A stretch of DNA of 64,000 nt, from positions 15,996,001 to 16,060,000 of the forward strand of contig JBHGNT010000004.1 of the NCBI GenBank assembly GCA_043228905.1, written 5' to 3'. The notes beneath the pieces are model-generated. The model saw only the letters and a list, made by a program, of their open reading frames with translations. It was not told the origin of the DNA and ran no database searches. Both the position numbers and the translations under genes were made by a program. This document shows positions 30,836-43,700 of this stretch, one piece after another; the stretch's first letter is position 1, and every line of letters begins with the position of its first letter. Source of the DNA: Azolla caroliniana. Lineage: Eukaryota > Plantae > Polypodiophyta.

Positions 30836-32159
30836 TTGTCATCAATGCATGTTAAATGGGGCCTCTATACACACATCAATACATATTAGAGCTCATCCAA
30901 TTGTTTTTCATCCAAAGAATTGGTTCCATGTGAACTAGTTCACACTCACTACAAAGTCCAATAGGGCATTGGGGCACAAGTTATTAGAGTATTGGACTAT
31001 GCACACTTTTCCCTACATAGGTTTGGGATTCTAAGTATCACAACTTTGATATAATGCTCTACCTTTGATCAAATTCGATTATGCTTTCCATACCACTTTG
31101 ACCAAAGCCAATTGTTGAACAAATGTTTCTCACAATCACAAGGTGCATTGTACTTTGGGACATTCATTAGTAAAGTTTTTGAACACCAACATTCACTACT
31201 CAGTTTCACATTTATTATGTGAAAATATTATATATTTTTGGTCTCGAAAATCAAGAGACTTAATTAGCTTACCCTAGTGGTAAGTTGTTACACACTACCA
31301 ACACGATGTCTTGGGTTTGAAACCTAATTTTCTACCCTCTCTATTACTCAATATATATCTCTTGATTTACTACATGCCACTGTGAAATGTAGGGGTTAAA
31401 CCCACGACCTTGTGGTGTCCATTGGGCAACCTTACCAACTGAGCTACAATGGTGTTATGTACACATAATGTAGGTGAGGCTAGGTCACTAATATTTACAT
31501 AAGTGAAGGGTATGTTCACTAATGTTAAAAAGGGGACTAATGTGATTGGATAGAAGGACTGATAGGTGCATGCACTATCATGATTTGGACAACCAATGGA
31601 TGGAGAGCCTTTTAAAAAGGCACATCTATTCAAGGGGCCTAGGAAGAGGTATAAATATGAGGCTTAGCTACCCTCATAAGGATATTATATCAGAAGACTG
31701 TTGTCTTAGACACCCATGGTGCGGCCTAGCCTTTCGTCTCTTCCAAGGTATTAGTCATCCTAATATCTGGTGGTATGGGACGTCGGTGGTAGGTTAGTTA
31801 TTTCTAGATCATAGCTCGGGGGTGGTCGGGTGGAACAAGTTCTTCTATCCAATCTATTTTCGTTCTTTAACTTTATTTTGGTCTATTCATTAGTAATAGA
31901 TTCTTAACAATGGTATTAGAGCATTTACTAACATTTTTTTTTGTTGTTGTTTTGATGTTTTTTGCGTGTGAGCGATGGGGATCTAACAAGGCTCGTCATG
32001 CTCTTCTCAGGATCAAAACAACATTCTAAACCCGATATTCTTCTTTCTCTATCTCTCTTCTTTTATATGATGTGTTATTCTTGGTCGCATGGAAATTGTA
32101 TTACGTTTTCTTTTCTTTTCTTTTCTTTCTTGTTTCTACGATGATACGATTTACAATCT

Positions 32160-32620
32160 TATTGTGCATCGGGTCGAGCGTGTTTGTACTAATCGCACAC
32201 GCTCAACTCATGGCCCTTTTTCATATTGCGATGCATCTCCCACTTTCCCCTCTCTTGAGCCATCTCTTACGATAATAATTATTCTCATGCATCGGGTTGA
32301 GCGTGTTTGCCCTAATCGCACACGCTCACCTCATGGCCCTTTTGCATATGATGTTGTGTATACCACTCTTCCCATTTTTAAGCCATCACTTGGCCAATTC
32401 TATGGGATGTTGTGGCCTTGACTAGGTGTATGTCGCCTACCGATGCCACTCTACTATCTATTGAGCCATCACTTGGACGATTTTATGGGATGGTGTGGCC
32501 TTGACGAGGTATATGTCGCTTACCTATGCCACTCTACTCCTCTATTGAGTCATCACTTGGCTGATTATATGGGATGTGGTGGTCTTGAGGAGGTGCACAT
32601 CGACTACCCCTGGGTTTCTT
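32160..32620 (+). repeat. Diverged tandem repeats (~125-bp x2 and ~84-bp x3)
   Basis: GCATCGGGTyGAGCGTGTTTG twice; CATCACTTGG...TATGGGATG three times. Confidence 0.65.
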
Positions 32621-35276
32621 ACCTTATGACATGCTTAATGTTTCATACACCTAATTGATTATTATTCTAATTATTTTCTAATTCCACAAATTGTTTTTTT
32701 ACTTTTTGATGATTTTCTCATAGTTGCCATTTACCCACCCATAATTAACGCTCTTTCTTTTCCTTATTTTAAGTCCATCTACACTATTTACGTATGTTTA
32801 ATGGTGTAAGGATTCATGTAGACTATTTTTCATATTGAGTGGGCATCATGCAACTTTTTGTACATTTTTTCCAAAGAGTTGTCTAGGTTTAACTCATGTA
32901 ATCGAGCCTTAGAACTCGATTAAAAACACATGAGTTCCACTATTGACGTTTTACTCATAAATTTGAGTACTACATCTTTGCGCACAACACCACTACCATT
33001 TGTATCAATTTGTGGCTTATGTCACAATTGTGTAAATTACAACCACCATATTGGGAAGTGTATGTGCATACCTCGCACCATCCATTTATTTTTGGCATGT
33101 TTTTTAGTAGGTAGCACATGGGTTTTTTGACCCTTTTTTTCATCATTGCTTGATTCTTATGGGTAGTGCCTTATTTTATTGTTTTTGTCATAACATTTAG
33201 TTTTTACTCGCAAGACTAGAATATTACTATCGAGTGCACTTGTTTTTTCACATAATACACTTTCTCGACCATATCAATACATGTTGGGTTGACATTTTAA
33301 CATAAGGATAACTAGGAAATTATGTTGATGCTAGAACCATGGTTGAGCCTTGGGGAGCCACCATGCTTATTCAAGATAGTGGTCCGAGAAAGACATCTTA
33401 GTTATGTTTTCCCCCATGGTTTTTAAAACACCATAGTGTTACCATAGTTATCAGATCTCGAATCACATCTCATATGTTTAGAGGGCTAAGGGCATCAGAT
33501 ATGTTGGGAATATGTCCCTCCAATGGGAGGATGATCCGACTGTTTGGAAAGTCGACAGTCGAAGAGTAGAAAATAGGGAGTCGACTGTTTGAGAATTTGA
33601 CTATTATTATTATGGTAATAATAATGATGATGTTAAGAAACAGGTCTCTCCGGATGGGGAGAGAGAGGAGACGAGTTGATGAGGGACTTGGCCAAGGTCG
33701 ATAGGTCGAGGCTGAAACCGGAATCGTGTATATAGCCAACTTGGGAGACTATATTTGTATATAGTCTGAAAGTTGCATAAGTATATATGCAACTAGGGCA
33801 AATGTTTAGGTATGAGAACAATGTTGTGTACAGAAGTTGTAGTGTGCAGGAGAGTGAGTGAGAGAGAAAGTGTGTGTGAGCCACGCCATAGATGTGTGAG
33901 AAACAGCAAACGCGAAGAGCCATGTGCGGCTGATACACTCGAGAGAGTGTTCTATTCCTCTCGGTGTTGTATATCCACTTTGTATAGTGAAGATTCTGTT
34001 CACCCGTGGTTTTCCCTGTTTTAGGGTTTCCACGTAAATCTCTATGCACCATTGTTCATCTTCTCTTTTCTTGGCATTTTCTGTAATTCGTATTTCAGCA
34101 TTGTCTGTTTATAGTGAATTTATATTCCGCAACGATTTCTCAATAGACTGGTATCAGAGCTTGAGTTGCAAGCATGGAAGGAGGTGTTAGCGGTTTCCCA
34201 AGTATGATAGTTCTAAACTCATAGAACTATGTAGACTGGAAGATAAAGATGGAAGACCTTCTCATAGTCAAAGACTTGTACGAGCCAGTTGACAAAGCAG
34301 AAATACCTAGGGGGGTATTGGAGTCGGACTGGAAGCTTCTGAATAGGCAGGCAGTGGCCACAATCTGACAATGTGTTGATGTAAGTGTCCTTCAGCATGT
34401 GGCGAACAACACGAATGCCCACGAGATGTGGCAGAAGCTGCCGGGTTTGTACGAGAGGAAGAACGCGCGAAACAGAACCTCGATAATGAGAAAAATTATA
34501 CGGTGTCGTGAAGAATTTCGGCCAGAGGTGGAAACCGGGAAACATTGGCTACATCGGCGGGGTGCAGCATGTGTACGCACCCGTGTACATTTAGTGTGAA
34601 TATAGAGGGCGCCTTTATGGCGCCAAAGAGTAGTCAAGTTGGGACAGACGATCCCATGTAAGTCGGGATTTATCCCACATTGTAACGCATCCCTCTCCTT
34701 GTTCTATAAAAGGAAGGGAACGCCCTTTGTGAAAGGGTTGCCCATTTTGCATTAGAGGGTATACTGTTAGGTTTAGAGTTAGTTTCTTCTTCTTCTTCTT
34801 TTTCTCCCCCTTCATGTTCGCTTAGGGTTTGCTTCAGCTCCTCTCCTGCGCAAGACCCCACTCGGCGCGACGAGCCCGTGAGCTCCCTGACCGGCGGCTT
34901 GGCAGCTGACGACTACTGTAACCTACCTTGGAATGGCTCGAAGCCGGGAATGTATTCTTCTGTTTATATATATACATTAGCGTCTGTCAGTGTATATTCG
35001 CGTCTCTGTTGGTGTCAGGTGCTTCCCCTTTTCTGCGTTTCCTGTACATAAGGGCGTGAGTCGGGTCGGCATGTGTGTGTGCGTGCGTGTGCGTGCGTGA
35101 GTCGGTTTTAAGCGCGCGCTCCCTCTCTTTCTCTCTCTCCCTTCGGTCGCTTCCGGTGTTCTTCTGGGATTCCCCGGAAATGGTGAAGCACGACTTCCTA
35201 CGCTCCGTCACTCCTTGGTCCAAGACCCCCGTGGTCCCACCTTTCTCCACGCACGCGCGTAACAACGCGACATATT

Positions 35277-35294
35277 TGGTGAAGCCGACGTGAA
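35277..35294 (+). promoter_or_regulatory. PBS, tRNA-Trp type (TGGTGAAGCCGACGTGAA)
   Basis: One mismatch to TGGTGAACCCGACGTGAA, the complement of the plant tRNA-Trp 3' end (from memory). Confidence 0.75.
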
Positions 35295-35309
35295 AGGTGG
35301 CAAGGGAGG

Positions 35310-36749
35310 ATGGAGTCGGAAGACGACGACCTCGCGGAGATGGTGGCCGAAGTGGTGTTGGAGTCGGCACGAGTAATGATGAGGCGAGAAGCAACGCAAC
35401 AAGCGGTTGAGCGAGTGGTCGAAAGAGTCGGCCGTTTCAGCGGGGACAATGTCCCATCTTACTTGGAAGCCTACAACGCGGAAATGGAGGAGCGTGGCAT
35501 AGACGAGGCGTTGAGGCTGGAGTTCTTCTGTCGGGTCGTGGCTGTCCGGATGCATGCGGAAATAAAGGAGTTCCGTGAGGCTCGTAGTTCGTGGGAGGCC
35601 TTCGAAGAGGCGCTCCTGAAGGCATACGGAGGACAGCGGAAGAGCCGGGGACGACACGACTTCGACCAGTGGGTAGCATTGGCAAATACCCACCGGGGTG
35701 CAACGAAGGCGTTCCGAGAGTTCGAGCGACGGCTTGCTCGGCTGCCGGAGCGGGAACAAGGTTTGGTGGGGGCGGACAAGGTCCTATTGTTCGTCAGGTC
35801 GATCGACCAAGCGGAACGGGAGGCCATCGGGATTGAGCTCAAAGAAGATGATGGAGTGAATGGGCTTACGGAGGACTGGTCAAAGGTCGGAAGGGTGTGC
35901 CAACGGCTAGACAACGAGCGAGCCGAGAAGGCTAAGAGGAAGGTGCGCGACGGTGTGCCATCAAAGCGGGAAGAGGCCGAACGGCAAAGAGAGTCGGCAA
36001 GGGTCGGCGTTGGGGCCAGGATTGCGGAGGCGTACGCGGCTCTCGAGGTGATGCTCGAGGAAGAGGAAAGACGGAGGCCGCAAGCCGAGACTGAGGAGAC
36101 CGACTTGCCCCACGCGATGGTGGAAGATCGGTACGACGATACCACGGGAGAGGGTGCGGAACAAAACGCCCTCTCGACTTGCGGAGATAGAACGGCCAAG
36201 GACGAGGCCGAGATACAGATCACGGAACCGGAACGTTGGGACCATCGGTTTCGGGCGTGTCAGCCCGAAACCCCGGACATTGGAGAAGCAAGCCAAGACG
36301 GGGCTTGCGCGATCGGTAAGAAGACGACCGCCGACCACGAAGAGTCGATGGCTACGGACAAGGGCGTAAAACGGACGGGCGATTCTTTGTGCCTTCCCAC
36401 ACTTGCTCCCGAGATGATGGCAGTCGGGCCCGAGTGCCCACATGAGTCCCAAGCGGAGGAAGGCGGCGGCGGCAGGCCAAGAATCACCGGTGAGACGATA
36501 CGAGGAAGGAGCGGACGAAAGCCCACGGACCCGATTCCGAAGAACTCGACATTCGGGCCCGTATGCCCATGTAAGACCGAGGAGATGGATGGCGGTACCG
36601 AGGAGTCCTGGCACGATGCCAGCGAAGACGGATGGGAAACGGCCTGTGAGGAGGCCGAGGGTGGACACGGCACGAGGAGATCGGCATTCCGATACGGGTG
36701 GAGCGTGATCCGGTCGTGGATTGTTCGATCGGGGCCAGACTCTGCATAA
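35310..36749 (+). CDS. Gag-like protein, 479 aa, with low-complexity C-terminus
   Basis: First ORF after the PBS; VGRFSGDNVPSYLEAYNAEM...DKVLLFVRS; homologous to the ORF starting at 63754. Confidence 0.75.
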   Translation: MESEDDDLAEMVAEVVLESARVMMRREATQQAVERVVERVGRFSGDNVPSYLEAYNAEMEERGIDEALRLEFFCRVVAVRMHAEIKEFREARSSWEAFEEALLKAYGGQRKSRGRHDFDQWVALANTHRGATKAFREFERRLARLPEREQGLVGADKVLLFVRSIDQAEREAIGIELKEDDGVNGLTEDWSKVGRVCQRLDNERAEKAKRKVRDGVPSKREEAERQRESARVGVGARIAEAYAALEVMLEEEERRRPQAETEETDLPHAMVEDRYDDTTGEGAEQNALSTCGDRTAKDEAEIQITEPERWDHRFRACQPETPDIGEASQDGACAIGKKTTADHEESMATDKGVKRTGDSLCLPTLAPEMMAVGPECPHESQAEEGGGGRPRITGETIRGRSGRKPTDPIPKNSTFGPVCPCKTEEMDGGTEESWHDASEDGWETACEEAEGGHGTRRSAFRYGWSVIRSWIVRSGPDSA

Positions 36750-37142
36750 AGGTGCTGATACGGGAGAGGGTGCGGGACGAGCCGCCCTCTTTTACATGGG
36801 GAGAAAGACCGACCGGGCGAAGGTCGAGAGTTGGAAGGAGAATGAAAGCCGGTCCTATGGGATTCCTTACACCGATCCGGCTGTAGGCCCGAGTGCCGGC
36901 GTGAGTCCTATAAGAGAGATCGGTGGCGACAGGAGAACGGGACGCGGCAATCTGGTGAAGGACGAACGGACCCGGACGAGAACCGGGCGGAGCGGACTCC
37001 CGGACGACCATTCCGGGAGGGAGGAAGAGAGCAGGCCTACGAAGAGGCCGAGGACACGGTACGTCGGTACCACGGGAGAGCGTGCGGAGTAAACCGCCCT
37101 CTTAGCATGCGGAAAAGGACGACCCGGGACAGGGTTGGGAAG

Positions 37143-37700
37143 ACAAATCGGAGGCCGGAGGAGGATCCTTCACACCGGTTCTAGAGACTTCGGCATTCGG
37201 CAACGCGGTCGACGTAAGACCAAGATACTGATGGTGGCGGCGAGGTGACGAAGGCAAGGGCTACAAATCGGAGGCCCAAGGAGGATCCTGCACACCGGTT
37301 CTAGAGACTTCGGCAGTCGGCAACGCGGCCGACGTAAGACCAAGATACTGACGGTGACGGCGAGGTGGCGAAGGCAAAGGGCGCAAGGAAGTCCGGTCCT
37401 ATGGGATCCCCACACCGAACCGGAGACCCCGGCTGTTCGGCCAACATGGCAACGTAAGACCGAGGGAGAAGGAAGGTGGCGGCGGGAAACGGGACCCGAC
37501 TACGCGGAAGACACGAGGAGAGTCCGGGAGGGACTCAAACAAAAGACACCCGAATTTCAGCAAGCATAGAAATGGAGTCCGGTTCTATGGGACCCTCACA
37601 CCGATCTGGAGACTCCGGTTGTTCGGCCAACGTGGCAACGTAAGACCGAGGGAGAAGGAAGGTGGCGGCAGGGAATGGGACCTGACGACACGAGGTTTCG
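37143..37700 (+). repeat. Internal repeats of the gag-only element (120-bp x2, then a second ~120-bp motif x2) sharing CGTAAGACC
   Basis: ACAAATCGGAGGCC at 37143 and 37263; AGTCCGGTyCTATGGGA at ~37390 and ~37576. Confidence 0.8.
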
Positions 37701-40700
37701 GAAGGAGCCGGTAGGGGCAAACAAGGGGAGGTGTGTCAGGCCGGAAAGGCACACCTTGGACAGAACAAGAGTCTCGCAAGTGGCCATCGCGGGCCGGATC
37801 GAAGCGTGACTACGGGACGGTGTTCGGCGTGGGCGGGGCCGAACAAAGGAAGCGGAAGACGGCACATGAGAGGTGCTGGGAACGAGGTGACAAGTGCCTA
37901 GTGGACTGCACAGGGTCAGAGTCAGGGGATGGCAAGAGAGGCCGGAGGACGATCCTCCACACTCGCTTCGTAGATCTTGGTAGCTCCGTCGAAGTAGCGA
38001 AGATTGACACAGCAAGCCCGGGGTGACAAGCTGGTGGGGGCGAGGGGACGACGGCAAGCAGAAGACTCAGGACCTATCGCGGCAACACAAAGACGGGAAG
38101 GGCCAAGCGGGCTACTACGGGGTGTTCCTCGGATGCAGAGGACACCGGTATGCGGGTGAGCGGCGATGCACGATCTGGCCAGAAAAGGGCCGACAAGGCG
38201 TGCAATGAACCGGAGTGTGACACAGGCAGTGACAAACAACGGACGAGGGTATGTGGCACATAGAGGTGCCGGAGCGGAAAGGCGAGCACGGAGATAGATT
38301 GCGCGGTTCGGAGGTAGCGCGGAGAAGGCCGGAAAGGGATCCTCCACACTATTCCGGAGACCATGGCGGTTCGAGCCGATGCGGCGATGTAAGACCATGG
38401 AGAAGGAAGGTGGCGGCGAAAGGACGAGGGCAACGTGAAACGACATGGGACGGCAATCAGGACGACGTGAATGATCAACGGAGGCCAAGCGGGCCGCTAC
38501 GGGCGTTCCTCGAACGGAGGACATCGGGCATATGGCGGGAAGCGGGGCGTTCATACGGCCGAACAAGGGCCAACAGAAGTACGCGTACTACGGAGATCGC
38601 GGAAGAGGACCCATTGACAGGTCGAACGACCCTACGGGGACCTAAGCGTGAAGGAAGAATCGAAGCCGACGGATCAAACCGGCAGCGAGCCGGGATGCGG
38701 ATCACGGAAGACCGGTTTCTCACCAGCCGAAATCTCTCACCCTTCAACCAGATTTGGCACATACCGGTGGACGTGCAGTTAGGTGGGGGCGGATGTCGTG
38801 AAGAATTTCGGTCAGAGGCGGAAACCGGGAAACATTGGCTACATCGTCGGGGTGCAGCGTGTGTACGCACCCGTGTACATTTAGTGTGAATATCGAGGGC
38901 GCCTTTATGGCGCCGAAGAGTAGTCAAGTTGGGACAGACGATCCCATGTAAGTCGGGATTTATCCCACAATGTAACGCATCCCTCTCCTTGTTCTATAAA
39001 AGGAAGGGAACGCCCTTTGTGAAAGGGTTGCCCATTTTGCATTAGAGGGTATACCGTTAGGTTTAGAGTTAGTTTCTTCTTCTTCTTCTTCTTCTCCCCC
39101 TTCATGTTCGCTTAGGGTTTGCTTCAGCTCCTCTCCTGCGCAAGACCCCGCTCGGCGCGACGAGCCCGTGAGCTCCCCGACCGGCGGCTTGGCAGTTGAC
39201 GACTACTGTAACCTACCTTGGAACGGCTCGAAGCCGGGAATGTATTCTTCTGTTTATATATATACATTAGCGTCTGTCAGTGTATATTCGCGTCTCTGTT
39301 GGTGTCAGGTGCTTCCCCTTTTCTGCGTTTCCTGTACATAAGGGCGTGAGTCGGGTCAGCATGTGTGTGTGCGTGCGTGTGTGTGCGTGAGTCGGTGTTA
39401 AGCGCACGCTCCCTCTCTTTCTCTCTCTCCCTTCGGTCGCTTCCGGTGTTCTTCTGGGATTCCCCGGAAACGGTGAAGCACGACTTCCTACGCTCCGTCA
39501 CTCCCTGGTCCAAGACCCCCGTGGTCCCGCCTTTCTCCACGCACGCGCGTAACAACGCGACAACGGCTGAAATACAGAGATGGTGAGAGCATCGTTGAAC
39601 ACATTAGCACATTCATGGGGTATGTAAATCAACTTGCTGCGACCAAGTTTCCCCTGGATGATGCAATGTAGGCCATCCTACTGATGTGTACGCCACCAAA
39701 AACTTGGGAGAACCTGGTGGTTACTCTCAACATCTCCTGTCAAGAAGAGAACTTGTCTTTACAGACGGTAAAGACAAGCATCCTAAACGGGGAGGCAAGG
39801 AGGAAAGACAAAGGAGTCCTGTCCCAAACGGAGTCGAATCTAACTCAACATATGGACAGAGGAAGAGACCGGCGAAGAAGAAGTCCACAGCGAACGGAAA
39901 AATCCCACGCCAGATCGAAGTCCAGAGGTAAGCCTGTGTGCTTTTATTGCGAAAAACCTGGACACTTCCAGAAGGACTGCCGACACATGAAGAAAGACAA
40001 GAGTGTTAGAAATAATGTCGAACTCCGGAAAATTCCGGATGAAAAGAACACTTCGGCCATTGCTACGAACAATGAGGAACTCCTGTTCATCTGTGAATAG
40101 ACAAGTGCAAACCTTGCAAGAGAAGAGTGCACTTGGGTGATTGATTCCGGTGCATCCTTCCATATTACTCCGTCAAGAGAGTATTTCTCGACTTACATAG
40201 CCGGGGATCATGGCTATGTAAAGATGGGTGATAGTGGAGAGTGCAAGATAACTAGAGTCGGAAGTGTCTACTTGATGACGTCGACAGGGTGTCGACTGAC
40301 ATTGAAGGATGTTCGACACGTCCCCGATATCAGATTGAATATGATATCGACTGGAAGGCTTGACAACGAAGGCTACAGTGGTAGTTTTCGGAATGGCAAG
40401 TGGAAGTTCTGCGGAGGAAATCTTATAGTGTCCCGAGCATAGAAAGAAGGCACATTGTATATGATGCATGCCCGACTGTGCAAATCGGAAGTAAATGTGG
40501 CAGCCGACTCGGCGGGGGAGATATGGCATAAGAAGCTAGGCCACATGAGTGAGAAGGGAGTGCACCTGTTAGCTGATCAGAAACTTCTACAAGAAGTCAA
40601 GGGAGTGCACCTGGAGAACTGTGTTGACTGCTTAGCCAGAAAGCAGAACAGGACGACATTCCACTCGAGACCATCGAGGAGAAGAGAAGCTGCATTGGAA

Positions 40701-43700
40701 CTAGTACACACGGACGTGTGCTATGTGGATGCTCCATCGCATTGAGGTGGACAATACTTTGTAACGTTTATTGATGACAATAGTCAAAAAACATGGGCCT
40801 TTGTACTAAAGACAAAGGATCAAGTACTGTCGGTTTTCAAGGAGTTCCAGGCAAGAACCGAAAGAGAGTCAGGTCGGAAACTAAAAGTTGTTCGAACCGA
40901 TAACGGTGGCGAGTACAAAGGGCAGTTTGAGGAATACTGCAAGTGCCAAGGTATTTGGATCAAATACACAGTGCCAAAGACCCCAGAGTTGAACGGGCTT
41001 GTAGAGAGGATGAATCGAATGATCATGGAGAGAGTAAGGAGCATGCTCTCTCATGCGAAACTGCTGAAATCCTATTAGGCTAAGGCGATGTACACAACTG
41101 TCTATCTGATCAACAGGTCTCCCTCAGTACCATTAAAGGGTGATGTCCCACAAAGGGTGTGGACAGGGAAGGATATCTCGTACCAACATCTGAGGATGTT
41201 TGGATGCTTGGCGTATATGCATGTACCAAAGGATCAGAGGTCAAAGCTCGACAACAAGTCGAAAGCATGCATATTCATGGGATACTCGAAAGATGAGTTC
41301 GGCTACAGGTTGTGGGACGTAGTCGATAAGAAGGTAGTGAGAAGTCGGGATGTAGTCTTTCTAGAAGACAAGACAATTGAAGACTGGAAGCAATAGAAGT
41401 CGGAACCGACTCCCAAGTCAACCTCGACTACCATCGACTTAAGGCCAAGTGATTCGTCACCGACAGCTGTAAGGAGACAGCTGGCCGACAGAGCCAAATC
41501 CCAGTCGGTCGACTTGGAAAGACCAACAGACTATGAGTCAGAGTCGGCAGAGCTGCTGAAGTCAATTGATGAATATGAGTTGGAGTTATCCAATCTGGAG
41601 ATGTTGATTGACGAGCAGAATCCCGAGCAGAGACAAGAGTTGGCAGAGACATCCGAACTAGAGCCAACAACGAGTGGACGAAGATACCCACTCAGAGAAA
41701 GGAAGGCATCGATTACATATGCCAGTCAATACATCCTCTTGACCGATGACGGTGAACCGGAGTGCTACGAAGAAGCCATTGCTAACGAGAGCAGAGGAAA
41801 ATGGCTAAGCGCGATGCAAGAGGAGACGGAATCCTTGCACACGAATCACACCTACGACCTAGTAGAGCTGCTGAAAGGTAAGAGAGCACTCAGGAATAAA
41901 TGGGTCTACAAGGTGAAGACTGGAGAAGTCGACAATGAGCCTAGGTATAAAGCCCGCATAGTGGTGAAGGGTTTCCAATAGAGGAAGGGCGTCGACTTTG
42001 ACGAAATATTCCCACTAGTCGTGAAGATGACATCCATACGAACTGTTCTGAGCATAGCGGCCAGCATGGATCTGGAGATCGAACAATTGGATGTCAAAAC
42101 CGCATTTCTGCACGGGGAGCTAGAAGAAGAAATCTTCATGCAGCAACCCGAAGGCTTTGAGGAGAAAGGGAAAGAGAATCTGGTCTGTCGATTGAGGAAA
42201 GTCTTCTATGGATTAAAACAAGCTCCACGCCAATGGTACAAGAAATTCGAGTCCTTCATGATGGAACATCGGTTCCCGAAAACACAGGCCGATCACTGTG
42301 TGTTCGTCAAAAGGTATGAGGAAGGAGATTTCTTGATTCTCTTACTATATGTTGATGATATGTTGATAGTCGGCCAAGATGCAAGGAAGATTGGAAGCTT
42401 GAAGAAAGCTCTCAGCAAATCATTTGCCATGAAAGACCTTGGACCGGCAAAGAAAATCCTAGGAATGCACATAACCCGAGACAGAGCTCGGAAGGTGCTA
42501 TGGTTGTCACAACAGAAGTATGTGACGAAGATCCTAGAGAGGTTCAACATGTCGAACGCAAAGCCGGTCGGCTCAGTGTGGCCGACAAATTGCAAATTGA
42601 ATGCGAAGCAGTGTCTGAAAGGGTAGAAGGAAAAGGCTGAGATGAAGAAGGTACCATATGTCTCGGTCGTTGGCAGTCTAATGTATGCTATGGTCTGTAA
42701 GAGACCGGACATAGCATTTGTTGTGGGAGCAGTAAGCCGATATATGAGTAATCCAAGGAGAGAACACTGGGCAACGGTGAAGTAGATACTTAGGTACTTA
42801 AAAGGCACCTCGGAGGTGTGCTTAAGGTATGGTGTCGGAAAACCTGTGCTGGAAGGTTTTACCGATTCGGACATGTCTGGAGACATTGACTCAAGCCGAT
42901 CCACGTCAGGGTATGTGATGACCTATGCAGGGGGAGCAGTGTCATGGCAGTCATGACTGCAAAAGTCTGTAGCCTTGTGGACTACAGAGGCAGAGTATAT
43001 GGCAGAGATAGAGGCCGGAAAAGAGCTTATCTGGATGAGAAATTTTCTCACCGAAGTAGGCATAGAGCAAAAGGAGCTCTTGCTTCACTGTGACAATCAA
43101 AGTGCCATACACCTAGCCAAGAACACGACATACCACTCTCGAACCAAGCACATACAGAGAAGGTATTACTGGTTGCGGGAGAGAGTCGAAGAAGGAGAGT
43201 TTTCCCTTGTGAAGATCCATACCGACGACAATGGATTTGACATGCTGATGAAGAACCTACCTATGGACAGACTCAGAGTCTGTCGACAAAATATAGGACT
43301 GACAGATTTCCTCCCATAGGAGTGAAGGGGGAGTTTGTTGGGAATATGTCCCTCCAGTGGGAGGATAATCCGACTGTTTGGAAAGCCGATAGTCGAAGAG
43401 TTGAAAACAGAGAGTCGACTATTTGAGAATTCGATTATTATTATTATTGTAATAATAATGATGATGTTAGGAAACATGTCTCTCCAGATGGGGAGAGAGA
43501 GGAGACGAGTTGATGAGGGACTCGGTCAAGGGCGATAGGCCGAGGCTGAAACCGGAATAGTGTATATAGCCAACTCGGGAGACTATATTTGTAAATAGTC
43601 TGAAAGTTGTGTAAGTATATATGCAACTAGGGAAAACTTTTAGATATGAGAACAGTGTTTTGTACAGAAGTTGTAGTGTGCAGGAGAGTGAGTGAAAGAG

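Larger units (their letters stand above)
34504..39562 (+). mobile_element. Non-autonomous gag-only Gypsy element, 769-bp LTRs 34504-35272 and 38794-39562, 4-bp TSD ACGG
   Basis: TGTCG...CGACA near-identical LTRs; PBS 35277-35294; PPT GGTGGGGGCGGA; host codons ATA CGG CTG restored by removing the element plus ACGG. Confidence 0.92.
34174..43319 (+). pseudogene. Copia gag-pol polyprotein with many stops, interrupted by Gypsy 34504-39562
   Basis: CFYCEKPGH, IDSGASFH, VHTDV, QLDVKTAFLHG, YGLKQAPRQW, LLYVDDML, CDNQSAI. Confidence 0.92.

Noticed and set aside
36721-38927. Several 100-214 aa ORFs on both strands inside the gag-only element
   Set aside because: GC-rich repetitive sequence with few stops; Arg/Pro-rich translations with no domain motifs
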